DNA of 64,000 bases from Chitinophaga pinensis (GCA_943327315.2 CALPWQ020000001.1:627-64626), one strand, 5' to 3'; numbered from the stretch's first letter, positions 1 to 10,153 are shown. Numbers and translations are program-made. The notes: generated by a model not told the origin, from the sequence alone.

Positions 1-1062
1 GCACGGGATTTCATTCCACAAATTCGTCAACCCTTTGCCCTGGATAAAGACGCCTTCAGTTGGTCTATCATTCAAATTGTCAAGGGAATAATTAAAAAGG
101 TCGTTTTGGCAGACTACATCGCAGTTCACTTTATTGATAAAATTGCGGATGCACCCGAGGCCTATCCGGGTTTTGTGAGTGTTTTGGCGATGTGGGGCTA
201 TTCACTTCAGATTTATGGGGATTTTTCTGGCTACACCGACATTGCGATTGGGCTTTCCCGTTTAATGGGATTCAATCTGCTTGAAAATTTCCGTTCGCCG
301 TACAAGGCCGTAAGCGTGGCAGATTTCTGGAGAAGATGGCACAAATCATTGGGTTCTTGGTTGCGGGACTATTTGTACATTCCTTTGGGGGGAAACAAGA
401 CAGGTGGTTTTGGCACCTATATCGCCACAGCCATCATTTTTGTCTTTTTAATTTTCATCACCCAATGGTACGAATTGATCTATGTCTATCTCGGACTTAC
501 CGTTGTTTACATTTTAGGCGTACTTTTCATTCCCAACTTCAAGCAATATGTCCACCGCGATTTGAACTTGTTGATTACCATGGTCGTGGGAGGTTTGTGG
601 CACGGTGCGAGTGAGAATTTTGTGATTTGGGGAGCGATGAATGGCGCTGCCTTAGTGATTTATAACTACTGGCGTAAAATTTCACCGTATGAAAATTCAA
701 CATGGTTGGTGGTTCATTTCTGGAAAGTGTTTCTCACCTTCAACTTCATCACCTTTACGCGGATTTGGTTTCGCTTCGAAGATGAGGGTGCACCTATGGC
801 GATGATCAACCATGTATGGAATCATTTTGACTTTACTTTGGAAACATTTGGAATGGTGCTTTCGACCTATCAGAGCGTGTTTTGGGTCATCCTTTTTGGA
901 TTCATTGTGCATTGGCTACCGGACAACATCAAGTTGATGTGGGAGAAGCTGTTCAGTCGATCACCGATGCCGGTCCAAGCGATGGCTGTAGCGACTATTG
1001 TGATACTCGTGTACCAGGCCGTTTCAGATACCTTTAAGCCGTTCGTGTACTTCCAGTTTTAG
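1..1062 (+). CDS. MBOAT-family membrane O-acyltransferase (AlgI/DltB-like), 5' end cut by window edge
   Basis: The frame of the 106..1062 ORF stays open back to base 1 (ARDFIPQIRQPF...), and the listed start is an internal TTG. Multi-TM protein with MBOAT hallmarks FWRRWHKSLGSWLRDYLYIPLGGN and the conserved His in GLWHGAS. Confidence 0.85.
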   Translation, partial: ARDFIPQIRQPFALDKDAFSWSIIQIVKGIIKKVVLADYIAVHFIDKIADAPEAYPGFVSVLAMWGYSLQIYGDFSGYTDIAIGLSRLMGFNLLENFRSPYKAVSVADFWRRWHKSLGSWLRDYLYIPLGGNKTGGFGTYIATAIIFVFLIFITQWYELIYVYLGLTVVYILGVLFIPNFKQYVHRDLNLLITMVVGGLWHGASENFVIWGAMNGAALVIYNYWRKISPYENSTWLVVHFWKVFLTFNFITFTRIWFRFEDEGAPMAMINHVWNHFDFTLETFGMVLSTYQSVFWVILFGFIVHWLPDNIKLMWEKLFSRSPMPVQAMAVATIVILVYQAVSDTFKPFVYFQF

Positions 1063-2927
1063 AATGTATCCTCTTCCATTGCGGCGATATTTTCCGAGAA
1101 GAAAATCATCTTGGCACTAAAGCCTTTATTGGTTGCTGATTTGAATTCCAATCTCCCTTTAAAGGAAAAGGTGCGTTCCTCAATGCTGTTCATGCCCACA
1201 CCTTTTCTCAACTGTTTGGGATCGACTCCTTGCCCATTATCGTGATAGAAAGCGTTAAATTTGCCATCCGCCACTGAAATAGTTAAGCGTGCATCAGAGG
1301 CCTTGGCATATTTCAGGGTGTTGTTGGTTAACTCTTGTGCGATGCGGTAAAAGTTAATGCTGAATCCGGCATCAAGGATGAGTTCTTCCGGAGCTTCGAG
1401 CACAAAGCGCACTCCATCCTGTGAATTGTTGAGTTTTTCGAAGTAGGAGCGTAAGCTTGCGCTCAATCCAGAAATTTTCAGTTCCGACGGGTACAAGTCT
1501 CGGCAGATGCGACGAAGGTCGTCGATGGCACTCTTAGTTGTTTCAGAGAGCAGCGCTAAATTCGCATTGGACGGATCTTTATCGGCCTCATGACCGAGCA
1601 GGAGGTTCATGACGGTAAGGGTACCTCCCATGCTATCGTGTAGTTCACGAGACACGCGTAATTTTTCATTTTCAGCCGATTGAAGTGCCGCTCGATTCAA
1701 TGCAGCTTTACGCTCCCGTTTCTCTTTTTTCCTTCTCGCATTGATCAGGAAATACGCACCGATACTGATTGAAATAAAGACCACAAGGATGATGTAAATC
1801 GCGTTTTGCAAACGAAGGTTTCTCACCTCGGCGCGTTTCTTCGCAAGCTTAAGATCATTGATTAACTTCGTTCGCCGGAGATCGTCATAGCGTTCTTGAC
1901 TTTCAATCACAGCCTCACCTTGTTCTGCGTTGAGTCTTTTTAGTTCTTGCTGCGCATAGTTAGCATAATAATCGCGACTCTGCTGATATTTTCCTACGTG
2001 GTAGTAATATTCACTCAGGCTGAGATTCAACTGAGGGAAAAACATAGAACCGAGAAGCTCATCTGAATACAATGCAACTGCTTTATCTAAGTACTCTTTG
2101 GCCTTATTCCATTGATTCTTTTCTTTGAAAATGGCTGCAAGATTGTTGTAAGTTGAAGCCAAATCCTCGAAATCAAGATTTACTGTATACAATTTGGCAC
2201 ATTCCAGAAAGTACTTTTCTGCCTTTTTGAATTCTTTGATGTTGAAATAGGCAGCGGCGATGTTATTCATTGTATTTGATGCTTGTTCACTTTCGGGATT
2301 GTTTAAAAAGCTCAAAGACCTTTGAAACAAATGGATTGCACGCTTCAGGCTACTCCGTTTACCTTGGCCGTAGGCAATGAGGCCTTGGCCATTCAGTGCG
2401 AAGGAAATAGTAGAAGAATCTCTGAGAGATAATGCAGCATAATACGATTTGGAGAAAAAACGATTCGCATAATTGGTGTTTCCTAAATAATTATGAGCGT
2501 TTCCCAACATTAAAAACGCCTTTGCTTCAATTTCCTTTTCAACATGATCACTTGAGATGACTTGATGAAGACATTTTACTGCCTTATCAATATCTTTAAT
2601 GAGGTAATAAACGATCGCAGTTTCTAGATGAATTTGGGCTTTAAATTTTTCATCACCCCCCTTATTTTGTGCTTTTTGCCCATATTCCAAAGCAGATTTA
2701 TAATCTCCGTTTCTTCGAAAACTTTTCATTTTTAGCGCATCAAACTCACAAAGTGACTCACAGTCAGATGTAAAGCATGATTTCTCGTAACGTCGAATCA
2801 AAAGAGTAGCATCCTCATTTTGCTCAAAAGCTGCTTCTATTTCTAGAAGCAGCTTGTCGCAATGTCTCTGACCTATTCCTAGATGAGTGATGCAAAGAAA
2901 TAAAATAATCGTAGTAAACCTTTTCAA
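1059..2927 (-). CDS. TPR-repeat sensor histidine kinase, HisKA_3 class
   Basis: N-terminal hydrophobic signal, long TPR-like helical region, one TM (IYIILVVFISISIGAYFLI). H-box VSRELHDSMGG, N-box ELTNNTLKYA, G1 HDNGQG, G2 GVGMNS. The TTG start directly follows the stop of the upstream small ORF. Confidence 0.85.
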   Translation of the reverse strand: MKRFTTIILFLCITHLGIGQRHCDKLLLEIEAAFEQNEDATLLIRRYEKSCFTSDCESLCEFDALKMKSFRRNGDYKSALEYGQKAQNKGGDEKFKAQIHLETAIVYYLIKDIDKAVKCLHQVISSDHVEKEIEAKAFLMLGNAHNYLGNTNYANRFFSKSYYAALSLRDSSTISFALNGQGLIAYGQGKRSSLKRAIHLFQRSLSFLNNPESEQASNTMNNIAAAYFNIKEFKKAEKYFLECAKLYTVNLDFEDLASTYNNLAAIFKEKNQWNKAKEYLDKAVALYSDELLGSMFFPQLNLSLSEYYYHVGKYQQSRDYYANYAQQELKRLNAEQGEAVIESQERYDDLRRTKLINDLKLAKKRAEVRNLRLQNAIYIILVVFISISIGAYFLINARRKKEKRERKAALNRAALQSAENEKLRVSRELHDSMGGTLTVMNLLLGHEADKDPSNANLALLSETTKSAIDDLRRICRDLYPSELKISGLSASLRSYFEKLNNSQDGVRFVLEAPEELILDAGFSINFYRIAQELTNNTLKYAKASDARLTISVADGKFNAFYHDNGQGVDPKQLRKGVGMNSIEERTFSFKGRLEFKSATNKGFSAKMIFFSENIAAMEEDTF

Positions 2928-3245
2928 TTAAGGGATATTAACTTTAACGACAACAAGTGGACTCGGTCTTCTTGTTGAAATGACCAACTGAACGAAATCG
3001 TAACTTGAGCCTGATGCAAAGATAACTGGCAAATTTACAGATGACGGAAATGTACCCCCCACCGAATCAATTGTTGCCGGCACTGATATACCATTTAATC
3101 CATCCACAGTAACCTTGCTTGGCACGCCTAATTTTAGTTTTTGATCCACTGAATCAAGATTCAAGGTTATTTTTAAGGTTTTATTCCCATCATAATCCAC
3201 TCTAAATGAACTATAATTTGCAGCATTGAGCGCATCTGTTCCCAT
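2928..3245 (-). CDS. hypothetical 105-aa protein, beta-rich, no signal peptide
   Basis: ATG-initiated ORF with no competing frame. A -7 box lies about 55 nt upstream, and its stop abuts the kinase start (operon-like). Confidence 0.5.
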   Translation of the reverse strand: MGTDALNAANYSSFRVDYDGNKTLKITLNLDSVDQKLKLGVPSKVTVDGLNGISVPATIDSVGGTFPSSVNLPVIFASGSSYDFVQLVISTRRPSPLVVVKVNIP

Positions 3246-3299
3246 AGTTTTTAAATTTTAAGTTAGTATTCAAAAATACATAAAAATCATTTCGAAAAA

Positions 3300-3307
3300 C
3301 AAAGGTA
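3300..3307 (-). promoter_or_regulatory. Bacteroidota-type -7 promoter box TACCTTTG
   Basis: Exact fit to TAnnTTTG on the minus strand, upstream of the 2928..3245 ORF. Confidence 0.4.
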
Positions 3308-3338
3308 CACATGATATATTTTCAATTATTTCAATATT

Positions 3339-4382
3339 TTAGCCATACTTAAACCTTATTTTTTCTTCAAAAAATACCACAAAAGCATAAGCATCAATTG
3401 TTTGACTTTTGATTGAAAATTTACCACCAAGTGAATGAACTAGTTCACTGACAATCATAAGTTCGAATTCTCTCTGAGAGACGTTCTGGTCAAACTTCAA
3501 TTCTGTATATACCAATTCAAAACCTTTGGCTTTACCGCCCCATTTCATTTCAACTTCTTGAGCACTTGAATTCTTGAGTGTATTGTTTATCAGCTTCTGA
3601 ACTAATCGGTACCAGATCATTCGCAAATCACTTGAGCAATCCATTTCATCAACATGTACATGAAAGTTGGTCATCGTTTGAAGTGCATTTGTTCTTTTGA
3701 CCAATGATTGAATGCTTACCAATAGCCCAACTGTTTTGATTTCACAAGGATACAACTCTTCGCTTATTTTCCTGACTTCTGTGATTGCTGCATTTGATCT
3801 GTTTTTTAGTTCTCCATAATTTTTATTCTCAGGCGACCTTCTAAATTCATACGCAGCCATGATATGCATGATTGATAGCGTTGCCTGAAAATCGTCATGC
3901 AGTTCTCTAGAGAAACGCAACTTTTCCTCCTCACCTGCGATAAACACCAATCGACTTAATTCTATAGCTAGTATCTTTTGCTCTTTTTTGTAGTAAAGAA
4001 AAACAAACAAAGCAAATGCTATGAAAATGAGTACTATCAAAAAAATTGTTAGAAGCAATTCCTTTCGAAGCTTTAATTGTAAGACGTACTGCCTATTTTT
4101 CGCATAGCGCAATTTCCAAACTTTTCGTTCTTTTTGTTCGACTGCAAACAAGGCATGTATTTTCCTTCGCTTGCGCTGAATCTTCTCGCCTTGCTCCTTA
4201 ATCGTCAACTCTTGTGACTTCCTAAATGCATCTAAATGAAGTTTTTCTAGACCTTTACTTTGCACAAAAAAATCAATTTTTGACTCAGTGAAATTCTTTA
4301 CTTCAATTTCTGGAATGGTGTCATTGGCCCAAACGGTCAAATGGGAAATAATAAGCAGTATGGAACACAAGAGCCGAATCAT
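3339..4382 (-). CDS. HisKA_3-type histidine kinase paralogue with degenerate ATP-binding boxes
   Basis: Signal/TM, coiled-coil region, TM (LLLTIFLIVLIFIAFALFVFLYY), H-box FSRELHDDFQATLS, N-box-like LINNTLKNS. I cannot find DxGxG (G1) or GxGL (G2) motifs. Confidence 0.7.
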   Translation of the reverse strand: MIRLLCSILLIISHLTVWANDTIPEIEVKNFTESKIDFFVQSKGLEKLHLDAFRKSQELTIKEQGEKIQRKRRKIHALFAVEQKERKVWKLRYAKNRQYVLQLKLRKELLLTIFLIVLIFIAFALFVFLYYKKEQKILAIELSRLVFIAGEEEKLRFSRELHDDFQATLSIMHIMAAYEFRRSPENKNYGELKNRSNAAITEVRKISEELYPCEIKTVGLLVSIQSLVKRTNALQTMTNFHVHVDEMDCSSDLRMIWYRLVQKLINNTLKNSSAQEVEMKWGGKAKGFELVYTELKFDQNVSQREFELMIVSELVHSLGGKFSIKSQTIDAYAFVVFFEEKIRFKYG

Positions 4383-4571
4383 TCATTCAAGAAATGTAAA
4401 AATGAAAGCAGAAAGAATGATTGAAAAATTTCGGTCTACCAATCTAGTTGATTTTTAAGAATTGATGAAATAATTTCATAGCAAGACATCAAAAGAACTT
4501 GTCTATACATGCATTGCTTCCAGACTAAATATACAATGAATAAACCAAACTTCCTCCTTCTCAGAACAATT

Positions 4572-6050
4572 TTAGTACTTAATCAAGTCAGTTGTAATCT
4601 TTGCGGAAAGCAAACATAGTGGGATACTCGGGCCAGGGTGAACACTTCCACCACAGAAATAAAGTCCTTTTATTGACTTAGAAAAATTTGGATGACGCAT
4701 GAATGCGGCAAACTTATTGTTTGAGCTATTGCCATAGATTGCCCCAAATGCTGACGAGGTTCTATTTTCAATCACTCTCGGATCGAAGACCATCTCACAC
4801 TCAATCAAAGATCGCAAATCTGTACCAAGCATGCGGTCAGCCTTACGTATGACAGCCTCACGCGCTTGGTCAATGAAGGCATCCCAATCTTGTCCCTGGT
4901 TATTGGGGACATTGATAAATGCAAACCAATTCTCACACCCTTCAGGTGCATGTTCAGGAGAATGTTTTGAGGTGATGTTCACATAAATGGTCGGGTCGTG
5001 GTAGATTTCTTTTTTTTCAAAAATAGTCTCAAATTCAGCTTTGTAGTCTTCTGCAAAAAGGATGTTGTGCAAGGTCAACTGGTTAAATTTCCCTTTGATT
5101 CCCCAGTAAAAAATGATTCCCGAGCTTGATTTTGGTTGATCCAATGTTCGTTTCGGCTTTTTTGCGGATGGAATGAGTTTGTGGTAGGTGTTGTACACAT
5201 CCATATTGGAAATAACAAGATCAAATGCATAACTTTCGTTATCTGTTCTCACTCCTTTTGCGCGTTTGTCTTCCAATAGAATTTCTCTCACAGGCGTAGA
5301 ATAGAGAAACTCAACACCAATGTCTTTGGCTAACTTTTCCAAGGCCTTGGTAATCGAAACCATTCCTCCTTCTGGGTAAAATGCACCTCGTTCAATTTCG
5401 ACGTGTGAAATGACATTCAACGTTGCTGGCGCAAGAAAAGGGCTAGAGCCATTGTAGGTCGAATAGCGATTGAACACTTGCACCAAGCGGGGATCTTTAA
5501 ACGCCTTTTCATTGGCACCATTCATCGTATCAAAAGCACCAATTTTTCCGAAATTCAGGATTCCCTTCGCGACAGCTTTGGTGAAAAAGTTCTTCGGCAC
5601 ATGCAAGGAATTGTGTAAGAACACTTCATCCGTTAAATTGTACATTTCCTCGGTTTTCTCGAGGTAGTTAAAGATGTCTTCTTTTGAATCTATTGAACCA
5701 TCCGCCATGGATTGGGCGTAGGCTTCTTTCCCATTAACACCTTCGAGGGTAGATCCATCTTCAAAAAAATAGCGGTAAACGGGGTCGAGTCGTTCGTAGC
5801 TAAAATAATCTCTTGGGTTCTTCCCCGAAAGCGTGAACAATTCGTCGGCAAATTGAGGCATGGTAAACACGGATGGCCCCATATCGAACCTGTACCCTTG
5901 ATTCCTTTCGCTGGACAATTTTCCACCTGGAAAAGAATTGGCTTCAAAAACGGTTACACGATACCCCTTGTTTCGCATGCGAATCGAAGCGGCCAAGCCC
6001 GATACACCTGAACCAATTACCGCACAACTTTTTTCGTTTTCCTTTCCCAT
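4572..6050 (-). CDS. phytoene desaturase-family FAD oxidoreductase (CrtI/CrtD-like)
   Basis: N-terminal dinucleotide fold AVIGSGVSGLAASIRMRNKGYRVTVFEANSFPGGK, ~490 aa, C-terminal GLYFCGGSVHPGPSIP typical of the CrtI family. Confidence 0.85.
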   Translation of the reverse strand: MGKENEKSCAVIGSGVSGLAASIRMRNKGYRVTVFEANSFPGGKLSSERNQGYRFDMGPSVFTMPQFADELFTLSGKNPRDYFSYERLDPVYRYFFEDGSTLEGVNGKEAYAQSMADGSIDSKEDIFNYLEKTEEMYNLTDEVFLHNSLHVPKNFFTKAVAKGILNFGKIGAFDTMNGANEKAFKDPRLVQVFNRYSTYNGSSPFLAPATLNVISHVEIERGAFYPEGGMVSITKALEKLAKDIGVEFLYSTPVREILLEDKRAKGVRTDNESYAFDLVISNMDVYNTYHKLIPSAKKPKRTLDQPKSSSGIIFYWGIKGKFNQLTLHNILFAEDYKAEFETIFEKKEIYHDPTIYVNITSKHSPEHAPEGCENWFAFINVPNNQGQDWDAFIDQAREAVIRKADRMLGTDLRSLIECEMVFDPRVIENRTSSAFGAIYGNSSNNKFAAFMRHPNFSKSIKGLYFCGGSVHPGPSIPLCLLSAKITTDLIKY

Positions 6051-6119
6051 TTTTTACCCTTTACGCTCGAACTATATAAAACACGAAGCTAAAAAAAAGT
6101 TCCATTTTTGAACAACAAT

Positions 6120-8171
6120 CTATTTTGATTGATCTAATTTTCGCACCATTGTCAAGATAGTTGCTAGGGCAACAGTCTCCCCTGTCTCGTCATAGACATC
6201 GACTAAGAACTTCACAATACCTTTAGCGATATCGTCTTCTGAACGTTTTTCTTGATCGACTTTTTCTTTCACCGTAAAACGCACACCGAGAGTAGCTCCC
6301 GGATAAACGGGCTTGGTAAAACGTGCCTCATCCAGGCCATAATTTAACAAAACGGGACCTTTCTTTGGGTCTACAAACAATCCAGCTGCTTTCGACAACA
6401 CGAAATAACCGTGAGCGACTCTGCGTTCAAAAATGGTTCCTTCCAAAGAGGTGGCGTCCATGTGGGCATAGAAATTATCTCCTGAAACATTCGCAAAATT
6501 GACGATATCCGCATCCGTTACGGTATGTTTGTGTGTAAACACGGTTTCGCCGACAACCAACTCTTCGAAGTGCTTTCTAAACACATGTGGATTCGCCTCA
6601 GGCATTGCTGCACCCACTTGAAATTGTTGGGTAATCTTCGTTATTGTTGTTGGATGACCTTGAATTGCTGTGCGTTGCAAGTAATGAAGTACGCCACGCT
6701 TTCCTCCCATTTCTTCACCTCCGCCTGCACGACCCGGACCACCGTGTGTTAACAGTGGCATTGGCGAACCGTGTCCCGTACTTTCCTTTGCACAGTCTTT
6801 ATTTAAGACCAAAATTCGTCCATGCATACTTGCGGCATTCACCACATATTCCATGGCCTCCTCGTCACTTGGCGTAACGATCGATGACACCAAAGACCCC
6901 TTCCCCATTTTCGCTAACAAGATCGCCTCGTCCAAATTTTTGTAAGGCATTACCGTTGCCACAGGTCCGAATGCTTCTATTTCGTGCACATCCGTTTGAT
7001 TGAACGGATCATTGTTTCGGAATAAAATCGGCGAGAAAAATGCACCTGCATTCGCATCTGCTCCAATGACTTCGCACTGATTGACATCGCCATAAACAAT
7101 GGATTGCGATTTCGCCAAAAGCTCAACATTTGCACGCACACGTTCCACTTGAAGTTTAGATATCAAGGCACCCATTCTCACACCCTCCATCGAAGGGTCG
7201 CCAATTTTCGTGCTTGCCAATCGGGTGGCTATCGCTTTTTCAACTTCATCAATGCGGTCTTCCGGGACTATAATTCTTCGAACAGCGGTACATTTCTGGC
7301 CAGCTTTGATGGTTATTTCTTTAACAGTTTCCTTAATAAATAAATCAAATTCCACTGTTCCAAGAACGGCTTTTTCGCCCAAAATTGTAGCATTCAAGGA
7401 ATCTGCTTCTAAATTAAAGGCAACACTTTCAGCTGCAATTCTTGGATGAGCCTTCAGCATCTTTCCCGTTACCGCACTGCCTGTGAAGGTAACCACATCC
7501 TCCGATGTTACATGATCGATAATTCCACGTCCTAAACCGCAGATCAATTGCAAGGAACCTTCTGGTAAGATTTTAGAGTCAATGATATCGCGCACAACAA
7601 CTTCAGTTAAGAAGCATGTAAATTCAGAAGGCTTAACAATCGCTGGAACCCCTGCCATGAAGTTCACTGCAATTTTCTCCAACATCCCCCAAACAGGAAA
7701 ATTGAAAGCATTGATATGTATGGCGACACCCTCACGAGGCACCATGATGTGGTGACCGATAAATGTTCCGTTTTTTGACAAAGGCGCAGCAACACCATCC
7801 ACATAATAGGGAAGATCTGGAAATTGTCGGCGCAATGAGGCGTTCGAGAACAAGTTCCCGATTCCACCTTCAATATCTATCCATGAATCAACGCGAGTGG
7901 CACCTGTCCAAGCGCTAACCTGGTAGTATTTTTCCTTTTTTTCCATCAGGTACAGAGCAAGTGCTTTCAACATTCTTCCCCTTTCCTGAAATGTCATTTT
8001 ACGCAACGTGAAACCGCCTGTTCGCTTCGCATAGTCCGAAATATCAGAAAAATCAAGCCCTGCACTCGATACTTCACCTATTTTCTGACCATTGATTGCA
8101 TGGAACAATTCAGTTTCTACTCCTGTCCCGTCAGTCCATTGACCTAAGACATAATTTTGATAGCGTTGCAT
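6120..8171 (-). CDS. paaZ: bifunctional aldehyde dehydrogenase / MaoC-type hydratase (PaaZ-like)
   Basis: 683 aa. N-terminal ALDH-like domain (catalytic-Cys context GQKCTAVRR) plus a C-terminal hot-dog/MaoC domain (FANVSGDNFYAHMD...RRVAHGY). Confidence 0.8.
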   Translation of the reverse strand: MQRYQNYVLGQWTDGTGVETELFHAINGQKIGEVSSAGLDFSDISDYAKRTGGFTLRKMTFQERGRMLKALALYLMEKKEKYYQVSAWTGATRVDSWIDIEGGIGNLFSNASLRRQFPDLPYYVDGVAAPLSKNGTFIGHHIMVPREGVAIHINAFNFPVWGMLEKIAVNFMAGVPAIVKPSEFTCFLTEVVVRDIIDSKILPEGSLQLICGLGRGIIDHVTSEDVVTFTGSAVTGKMLKAHPRIAAESVAFNLEADSLNATILGEKAVLGTVEFDLFIKETVKEITIKAGQKCTAVRRIIVPEDRIDEVEKAIATRLASTKIGDPSMEGVRMGALISKLQVERVRANVELLAKSQSIVYGDVNQCEVIGADANAGAFFSPILFRNNDPFNQTDVHEIEAFGPVATVMPYKNLDEAILLAKMGKGSLVSSIVTPSDEEAMEYVVNAASMHGRILVLNKDCAKESTGHGSPMPLLTHGGPGRAGGGEEMGGKRGVLHYLQRTAIQGHPTTITKITQQFQVGAAMPEANPHVFRKHFEELVVGETVFTHKHTVTDADIVNFANVSGDNFYAHMDATSLEGTIFERRVAHGYFVLSKAAGLFVDPKKGPVLLNYGLDEARFTKPVYPGATLGVRFTVKEKVDQEKRSEDDIAKGIVKFLVDVYDETGETVALATILTMVRKLDQSK

Positions 8172-8337
8172 GTTCTAGATTTTAAAAGTTAAAAATAAAG
8201 AATGTAGGGGAATAAGAGCTCATAAAAGATGAGGAATAAACACAGAATTGAACAATTCAACAAATCACCTATTAACTAAAATTAAATCCTTATATCTCAA
8301 GTAAAGTGTCTAAATTACGGCCACTATTTCTTTGAAA

Positions 8338-10149
8338 ATGAATCGGATAATCTTAATACTCCTGTGCTTGATGAGTATGGTGTCACAAGGTCAAAATGAC
8401 CTTGGACAATTGATTGATGATGGATATAATGTTCGCATTTCAACGAAATCAAGGATAAAAGCGTTGCACACAGCGGCAGATTTGATGATGAACACAAATC
8501 CCGACAGCTCTTACATTCTATTAGATTCAGCAATATCATTAATCTCCACGTCCGCTGAATATCGACAATCCAACCATTTGATTCGTGCGAAAATACTTCT
8601 CATACAAGGTGTTTACCCCAAGGCGCTCGATTACGCCCAAAAGTCGTTGAAATTATCTGAAAAACTGAACAAAAACCGACTTGTTTCTGATTGCTACAGT
8701 GTAATTGGTCAAATTTACGAACGTCAAAAGAACAATACAAAAGCCGCCGAATACCAAAAAAAAGGCTTGCGAATTAATCGAGAACTTGGAGATTCAATGC
8801 GCATTTCAAACTCTCTAAGCTTGCTTGGAAATATCTATGGCGCGACAAAACATTTTAAGGTTGCACTTCGATTTTACCGCGAAAGTTTAAGTTACATTGA
8901 CTTCAAGAATAATGCGGTACAAGCGGGTATCGTTTACGGAAACATCGGTTATGTGATTTACAAAGAAGGAATTGAAGCAATGAAGAGAAAAAAGGATGCT
9001 TCGAGCTATTTTGATCAAGCATTAGAAGCATCACAAAAAGCGAAATCGATTTTTCAATCCATTCATAACCGTCGATTTCAGATTATTGCGGAACTAAACA
9101 TTGGACTTATTTACAACGAACTGAAGGATTTCACTACAGCAAAAAAATGGTGCATTAAAGCGTATAATACTGCAGCTGAGTTAAAGATACCACCACTAGA
9201 AAGAGATGCGTGTGACTGCCTCTACAAAAGCAATAAAGCACTTGGCAAGCACAATGAGGCATTAAATTATTTCGAAATTTACAAAACCTTGAGCGACTCC
9301 ATCGAGAATCTTGATAATGAGCGCTCTATGGTAGAAAAAGAGTTGAATTTCAATTATTTAAAGGAACAATTGGCGGATAGTTTACACTATGCTCAAAAGG
9401 AAATCGTCACTGAATCGCGCATTCAAAGACAGCAAGTTGGACTTATTTCATCAGCAGGAATTTTGTTGCTTATCATCGTGCTGATGGTGGTTGTAGTTCG
9501 CGGAAAGAAAAGGTCTGACGAGTTATTGTTGAACATCTTACCCTATGAAACAGCTCAGGAACTCAAGAAAAAAGGCCAGGCAGAGACAAAGAATTTTGAG
9601 AACGTAACGGTTCTTTTCACTGACTTTAAGGGGTTCACTACAATTTCTGAACTACTTACACCAAAGGAATTGATCACTGAAATAGACACCTGTTTCAAAG
9701 GAATAGACCGCATCATGGAAAAATATGGCATTGAAAAAATTAAAACCATTGGAGATGCTTACATGGCTGCTGGTGGACTTCCGAAAGAAAACACGACTCA
9801 CCATATTGATGTCGTTATGGCTGCCGAAGATATACTACTATTAATGGCTGAACTCAAGCGAGAGCGCATTGAGAAAAACTTGCCTTATTTTGACATACGC
9901 ATTGGCATTCATTCAGGTCCTGTAATTGCAGGTATTGTTGGCATCAAAAAATTCTCATACGACATCTGGGGAGATACGGTTAACATTGCTTCACGCATGG
10001 AGAGCAGCGGAGAAGTGAATCGAATCAATCTTTCGGGAGCCACACATGAATTGATTAAGGATCTTTATGAATGTGAATACCGCGGGAAAGTCGAAGCAAA
10101 AAACAAGGGAAAAATTGATATGTACTTTCTCGAAAAGAGAATCAGTTAG
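8338..10149 (+). CDS. TPR-repeat membrane-anchored class III adenylate/guanylate cyclase
   Basis: Signal peptide, TPR region, TM (LISSAGILLLIIVLMVVVV). Cyclase core VTVLFTDFKGFT...IGDAYMAAGGLP...RIGIHSGPVIAGIVG...YDIWGDTVNIASRMESSG. First ATG is at 8338; the track start 8332 is TTG. Confidence 0.88.
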   Translation: MNRIILILLCLMSMVSQGQNDLGQLIDDGYNVRISTKSRIKALHTAADLMMNTNPDSSYILLDSAISLISTSAEYRQSNHLIRAKILLIQGVYPKALDYAQKSLKLSEKLNKNRLVSDCYSVIGQIYERQKNNTKAAEYQKKGLRINRELGDSMRISNSLSLLGNIYGATKHFKVALRFYRESLSYIDFKNNAVQAGIVYGNIGYVIYKEGIEAMKRKKDASSYFDQALEASQKAKSIFQSIHNRRFQIIAELNIGLIYNELKDFTTAKKWCIKAYNTAAELKIPPLERDACDCLYKSNKALGKHNEALNYFEIYKTLSDSIENLDNERSMVEKELNFNYLKEQLADSLHYAQKEIVTESRIQRQQVGLISSAGILLLIIVLMVVVVRGKKRSDELLLNILPYETAQELKKKGQAETKNFENVTVLFTDFKGFTTISELLTPKELITEIDTCFKGIDRIMEKYGIEKIKTIGDAYMAAGGLPKENTTHHIDVVMAAEDILLLMAELKRERIEKNLPYFDIRIGIHSGPVIAGIVGIKKFSYDIWGDTVNIASRMESSGEVNRINLSGATHELIKDLYECEYRGKVEAKNKGKIDMYFLEKRIS

Positions 10150-10153
10150 GTCC

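Noticed and set aside
6120-8171. PaaZ as a marker of a phenylacetate catabolic cluster
   Set aside because: No other paa genes (paaABCDE, paaK, paaG, etc.) are present in the window, so it is treated as a stand-alone PaaZ-like enzyme.
8338-10149. Class III cyclase as a Pycsar/CBASS-type defence cyclase
   Set aside because: It has a secreted TPR sensor and TM anchor typical of environmental signalling cyclases. No adjacent effector (TIR, TM or nuclease) is present, and the flanking genes are housekeeping.
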